A DNA stretch of 37,925 nucleotides, from assembly GCA_000442015.1 (NCBI GenBank), contig KE561025.1:1-37925 (forward strand), in the 5' to 3' direction. This stretch comes from Rozella allomycis CSF55 (lineage: Eukaryota). The notes under the pieces are model-generated. The model was given only the letters and a program-made list of their open reading frames with translations. It was not told the origin of the DNA and searched no databases. A program made the translations under genes and the position numbers. Positions 31,594 to 37,925 of the stretch are shown here, in pieces (the stretch's first letter is position 1; each line of letters starts with the position of its first letter).

Positions 31594-34500
31594 ATGAGCA
31601 ACTTGACCTTAAAAATCAACTACCCTGAATCCAACATAACCAAAGCCCTCCAAGTACTACACTTGAAGTAAATTCACACAGTTTCCATCTGATTATTTTG
31701 TCAACGATTGCATCAAGGAGATCAAGGAGAAATTCAACGAAACCGATCTGAGCAATGATTACGGACTATACTGTGTTGGCCAGAAGAAATGGCTTGTAAA
31801 CAACAGGACACTAGCGTTTTATGATTTGAAAAATGGTGATATTTTAGAGTTTAAAAAGAAGCACCGGCCGATGCGCGTCAAGATGCTTGACAGCACACTC
31901 AAGACTGTATTGATTGATGAATCCTGCACTGTTAGCGAGCTTGTAAAGATTGTATGCAACAAGATTGGTAATCGCGTATAATTGGTTGTGTCTAGGGATA
32001 ACAGCATTTGAAGAATACTCATTCTGTGTTGAACTATCTAACGACGAAAGATCGACGCGCCAGAAGCACGAAAAATACGAGAGAAAAGAATACAGTAAAA
32101 AGGTATTTACGATTTGACAGCTAAATGGCTGAGCCCTGAAAAGACGCTTCGCGAGCAGCTGGTGCAAGATGCGGATGTGATAATCCTCAAGCGCAAGTTT
32201 TTCTTTTCTGACCAGAACATTGACCGGAACGATCCTATCCAGCTGAACTTGCTGTTTGTGCAATCCAAGGAGAGTGTGATTTCTGGCGAGTACCCATGTA
32301 GCGAGGAGGAGGCTGTGCAATTGGCGGCGTTGCAGGTGCAGGCAGTGTTTGGCAACTATGATGGTGATAAATGCAAGCCTGGGTTTCTCGAGTACGCATG
32401 ATGGTTGTTTCTTTCTAGGTTGAAGGACTATTTGCCCGAGGTGTATCGCCGAAAAGAGGTTGAAAAGAAGATTTATGGCGAGTATAAAAAGATATGCGGG
32501 ATGTCCGAGCTGAATGCAAAGTACCGGTATGTGCAGCAGTGCCGGTTGCTGCGAACGTATGGGGTGACGTTTTTCCAGGTCAAGGAGAAGCTGGCGAAGA
32601 AGACAAAGTTTACGCCTGCGTTGATGGGGGTTACAAAGGAGAATATACTGAGGGTTGATATCGAGAGCCGGGAGATATTGCAGGTGTGGCCGTTGACTAG
32701 TTTGAAAAGATGGGCTGCGACGCCTACGAGGTAAGAGATGGGATTTGTGTGGATTGTAGTTTTACGTTGGATTTTGGGGACTATGATGCGTGTTACCAGG
32801 TGGAGACACATGATGGGGAGGATATTTCACAGTTGATTGGGGGATATATTGATATGATTATTAGAAAGAAGAGGGAGAATGATAAGACTGGGGAGCTTGA
32901 AGGAGAGGAAATGGCAATGTATGAAGAGACGATAGAGATTGCGCAACCGTCTAGAGCTACGAATAACAATAGTTCGAGTGTGAAGAGACGAGCGGATGAA
33001 AAGGATGTTGCTGGAATTGCAAGTTTAGAAAATAGTGAAATGAAGTATTCGTCTTTGTCGATTTCAAAGGCTAAGCATAATTTGAAGTTTGTGAGTAATG
33101 AAGAAGAAAATAAGGGAATGGTTGAAGGAATTAATAAACAAGCATTGCAGTTGTTTATAGAGGATCAAATTAAGAGATGTGAAGAAGAGGAAGAAAATCT
33201 TTTAAAATTAGTTGATGAGGATATTTCTGAATTTGTGACTGAAGAATGGAAAGAGAGTGTGTATAAACTAAAGATGCATGAACTGGAGTATCGAATAAGC
33301 AATCAAATTGAATCAGTTTGTGGAATTTTAAATGAACTGAATCTAATGGAGCCGAATTATGAGACATTGAAGAATCAGATAGAGAGTATTTGTGATGAAT
33401 CATTGTTTAAGAGTATTGAAGCCAAAGTTGGTGTTGAAAAAGAATTTAGCCAAACTTTTGGTAATCTTTTAAATAGCACGAAAATATTTTTGAAAGAGAT
33501 TGAAGAGAATTTGAATGGAAAAAGTAATGGAGAGCAATTAAGGTTGGTGGCTGATGAGATTGGAGGGTTGAGTAGAGAATTAATATTAAAGAGAGAAGAG
33601 GAAATAGAATTTGGAGCGATTAATGAGATGATGGAGATGTTTGATAAAAGTTGTGAAAGGATGGAGAATAAAACGCCTGATTCTGGTAGAAAGGCAGAGA
33701 TTAAAGGAATAGCTAGTTTGTTGAAAGAGAGTGTTGAGAATTTTAAAACAATTTTGAATGTTTCAAGGGGATTTAATGAAAAGGAAGGAATTAAGAAGAG
33801 AGTTGAAGAGGGAATTGTTTTAGTTAACGATGGGATTGATTGTTGTTTGGAGAGGAATGTGATGAATAAAGAAACTTCAAATAGTTTAACAAGGGTCATA
33901 AATGATTTAACTTTAACAGAATCTACTAGTGAATCTATTGGTGAATCAAAGAAAGCATTAAAGAGAGGATCTAATGTTGAAGATGAAAATGAGAAAAGAT
34001 TGAAAATAAAATTGAATGAAATTTATGCATTGAGTAATCAAATTGGCACTTCAAATGATAAGAACTTTATCTACTTGTTGAAAGAGAAAACAATAAACTT
34101 TTCCAATGAATTGAAAGCATTTGGAATTGAAAAGGATGTATTTGAAAGAAACAGAATAAACTTTGTTTGTAAAAAGATTAATGAATTAATTGAAGAAATT
34201 GATGAAAAAGATTTTAGTAAATTTCAGAAACAATTTTCAAATTTGTTAATTTTTAATAAAGAAAAAGATTTGGTAAATTTGGTTGAAAAAATGATTGAAA
34301 ATATTCAAATTAATAAAAGAGATTTGAATGATTTTGAAAAAGTTTGTTTAATTAAAATGATAGAGTATGTTAAAGATGAAAATGTTGATGGGATTTTAAA
34401 AGAAAAGAATAATTTTATTGAAAATTTTAAAGATGAAAAAGATTTGAATAAAGATTTGAAATTGTTTGAAGAAATTTGTGAATTGATTGAGAATAATCAA

Positions 34501-37500
34501 AGTTTAGAATTAATTTTAGAAAACATTAAAAGTTTAGCAGAAAATAATAAATTGTTAAAGGGAGAGAGTAAATCGTTAAAGGGAGATAGTAAATCTTTAA
34601 ATAAAATAATTCTGAATCTTTGGAATTCACTCAACAATGCATCATCCACTATTTCCACTTCTACATCCACTATTGCTACTTCTACATCTGCTATCAATCC
34701 TTCAATGTCTAATTCTTCTTCTCCATCAGAAATATTTAATAGTTTGGTTCTGTTAAATCAAATAAAACCAAATAAAGAATTAAATATTTCAGTTTTAAAA
34801 TTTGTTAAACAAGGGGTATTTGAAAAAGAAAAGATTGAAAATATTCTTTTAAATTTAGCAGAAAAGAATTCAGAGAATTTAGTAGTTGACCAAGTTTTAA
34901 ATGAAATCGATGCTTTGAATGTAGATTTAAACATTCAAGGGAATGAACAAGTAAATGAAAAGAATAAATTGTCAACGTTGATTTTAAAATTTAATTATTC
35001 ATTAGAAAATTTCAAAGAAGAATTCATCAATGTTTCCAAGGCATCAACTAAGGCATCAAATGAGCAATCAACTTCTAATTTTACTACTAATTCAACTGAA
35101 CAATCGAATGATTTGAATGCATTGAGTTTAAGCGCTTCTTCTCTTGTAAACAATTTAATAAATTTAAACAACATAAATTTAAATGATTCTAATTATAAAA
35201 ATAGATTGATTAAATTGAAAGATAAATTGTTGATAGAATTTACAGATCTGAATAACCCTTTAAAACAAAAATCAAATCTAAATTTAGATTATGAAATTTC
35301 AGAAATTGTTAAATTTTCTAATTCAAATGAAATTGATTCTTGTTTAATAAAGAATGAAAAATTATTAAAAGAAACTTTGAATAATAATATTGCCACTATG
35401 AATAAATCATTTAAAGATCTATTAAATGAGATTATTAATCAAATACAGACTTTAAGTGAGACTGGAGTTGAAACCGCAATTGAAACTAGTACTAATTCAA
35501 CTATTACTATTTCTTGGCTTTCAAATGGTTTGTATTTCTTGAATGAAAATGTTAAAAATTTGGTTTACTTGATTGGAGTTTCAGATAAAGATTCAATTAA
35601 AGCCACAATAGATCCAAATTTAATAAATTTGAATGAAAATATTTTATTTTTGAAAAGATTAAATTTCTATGAAAATCCATTTAATAAAATTAAAGAAATA
35701 GCAAAACCAATCTCATCTATTTGTGAATTTCTCAAATTAGATTTAAAGAATAAGAATTATTTAAAATCAATTTCAACTACAACATCCAATTTGATTAAAA
35801 GGGTTATGAGTGATTCTTCAAATTCTTCAAATAAACAAATTTCATTACAGACAAAATCTCTTTATGAATTTCTATTAAATGAATTGGAAGATTTGAAATT
35901 AAATTTAAAAGAAAATTCAACCAAAGCAATTTTTAGTCCAAATTCAATTTTAAAGCAACAATCTTTAATTGATCATTTTCAGTCTATTATAATTTCTTTT
36001 AATGATTTATTAAACAATCAAAGGAAGGGATTAAATGAAATTAATGTTTCAGATCTTTTAGTTTTATTAAATGATTTGCCAAATGTTATTATTTCTTCTA
36101 TCAATAAAGAATATTCTGATTCTATTTCAATCATCAATCAAAGTTCCAATAGAAACAATGAAAGGAACATTGAAACTAGTTCCAATAAAAGTACTAATAG
36201 AAGTAGCAATGGAAGTTCAAATAGAAGTAGTAATAGAAACTCTATCAATTCTTCTTTCAAGTCCAACAATTTAAACACTTCAACTCTTTGTTCACTAATA
36301 CATGAAATTGATCCATCAAATAATATTTCATTTCTTTCCATTGCTCAACCTTTGACTGAACTAATTAATTCAAATTCTAATGATGTTGTAAATTCTAATG
36401 ATGTTTTAAATAATTCATTGTCTTTTCTTAATGAATGGTATCAATTTCTATTAAATCCAACATTTGATATTTCTCAATTCAATCAATCAAGAGAATTATT
36501 AATAAATTCAATTCAATCTATTCAATCTGAATTAAATAACATGCAAAATGTCGATATTATTCAATTAATCAACAATGCAGACTCTCTCAATTCTTCGCGT
36601 GATACTCAATTTACGCTTGATAAAGTTGAAGATTTAATTAATAAATTCTCTCAATTGTTTACTTGTGAGAATCAAACAGCTCAACTCTCTTCCATTAAAT
36701 CTTCTTACATTAATCTATTCAACGCTTCAAATTCAAATACAAAATTATCTGAAATTGTTAAAGAAATTGGTTATTCTTTATCAAGTGTTATGAATTCATT
36801 AAAAGATAAAAGAAAATTATCAAAATTAGTTTCTGAAATTTCACAAAATTTAGTTGAATTAAAAACTTCAATTATTGAATCTGAAAGCGATCCAACTAGA
36901 ATAAATAATCAAAATAATCAAAATGAAAATGGTAAATTTATTTGTTTATTGTAAGTAGAATTAATTGATGAATTATCCAACGCCATTTTAGATCTTGAAA
37001 CGTTACTAGTTTTTGCCAAAGCAAATCAATTGCAAGTTTTAAACACAAATTTTGATTCTTCTCATTTAATTGAAGAAATTCAAATAAAATCTGAAATTAT
37101 TTTTGAAAATTTAAATTCAAATCTTTCTGAAGATTCATTAGTGAAAATTATTCAAACTTCAATTGAATTGAAAAATATTTTTAAAAAATTTGTTTTAAAT
37201 CTTCAAAATCAAAAATTTCAAATTCAATCTTTAAATCTATTTTTAATCTTTTTAAAATCTTTAGACTCTTCAATAGAATCCTCTTCTGCTCATCTTGGAG
37301 AATTTATTCAATTTTTGCAATTGAAATTAAATGAATCAGAAAATTCGATTGAAAATTTATTGTTTGAAATTCAAAATGAAATACAAAATGGCTTAAATTT
37401 TCTCTTTTCAGATTCAATTCTAGATGGATTTTGTACCCCTGAAGATTTATGCAAAAAAGCTAAAATTTTCACTTCAATTTCTGCCAATCTAATAAATTTA

Positions 37501-37925
37501 AACAAAAACGAATCTGAAATTTATTCTCTTCTCTCTTTGGCCAAAACTGAAATTAAAGATTTCCTAAATCTATCAAAATTAATCTCTCAAATCATTCCTC
37601 TAAACGATTCTCTCAATTTTAAAAATGAAATTTCAAATTGTTTAAATTTATTCATTTCTTTAATCCAAAATTTAAATTCTAAAAACAAATTCAATATAGC
37701 TAAAGAATTGGTCTCTTCAATAAATCAAATCATTTCATTCGCTTCTCTAATTTCAGATCATCAAAACCCTCAACTAATAGCCGAACAAGAATTACTAGCA
37801 GCCGCTGCTTCAATTGAACTCGCTGCAAAGAAACTGGCAAGTCTAGCGCCAAAAATTAACATTCCAATCGAAGAAATTCAATCTCTAGAATTCGATCAGC
37901 AAATATTCCATGCCGCCAATTCCAT
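31594..37925 (+). CDS. TLN: Talin (F0-F3 FERM head, divergent rod, start of I/LWEQ domain); runs off the window
   Basis: KHRPMRVKMLD..LKTVLIDES, LKRKFFFSDQNIDRNDPIQLNLLFVQ, LRTYGVTFF.VKEK, KRWAA...FTLDFGDY, ISQLIGGYIDMI, ILDLETLLVFA and IAEQELLAAAASIELAAKKL...FDQQI. Six introns of 26-29 nt. Confidence 0.95.

Noticed and set aside
831-36341. Many short antisense or alternate-frame ORFs (e.g. 3533-3787, 6106-6339, 15210-15491, 31844-32320, 33375-33899)
   Set aside because: They are shadows of well-supported genes on the other strand or frame.
32710-36954. 1414-aa ORF as a stand-alone giant low-complexity protein
   Set aside because: It is one internal exon of talin, bounded by introns of 29 and 27 nt. 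Its listed start and stop are artefacts.
1-37925. Apparent frameshifts, fragmented ORFs or an alternative genetic code
   Set aside because: Nearly all breaks are explained by 26-31 nt introns, and the standard code gives conserved proteins.

Overview
AT-rich, extremely gene-dense eukaryotic DNA, most likely from an early-diverging fungal-lineage organism (Rozella/Cryptomycota-like; this is inference from the fungal-type PFK N-terminal domain and Vam7 occurring alongside talin, a Ska3-like gene and OSTF1). I reconstructed about 24 protein-coding genes by hand. Many are split by tiny spliceosomal introns: about 70 could be placed, all 26-31 nt. Genes: MYND/MSS51-like, CDO, ALG9, a myotubularin pseudophosphatase, an IQ protein, HELLS/IRC5, OSTF1, a thiol methyltransferase, PP2A-A, RPL16, PFK, SKA3-like, RAD52, FHIP, CGR1, an Rpr2/Snm1-like RNase P/MRP subunit, VAM7, ARO8/AADAT, AP-3 delta, talin (3' truncated by the window) and three orphan secreted proteins. 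There is also a hAT transposon remnant and a probable pseudogene. The most striking signal is the splicing system. Several introns can only restore conserved protein motifs if they end in TG rather than AG, and AG acceptors that would give introns shorter than 26 nt are skipped. Together this points to length-measured 3' splice-site choice. All gene models are manual and are not verified by RNA data.
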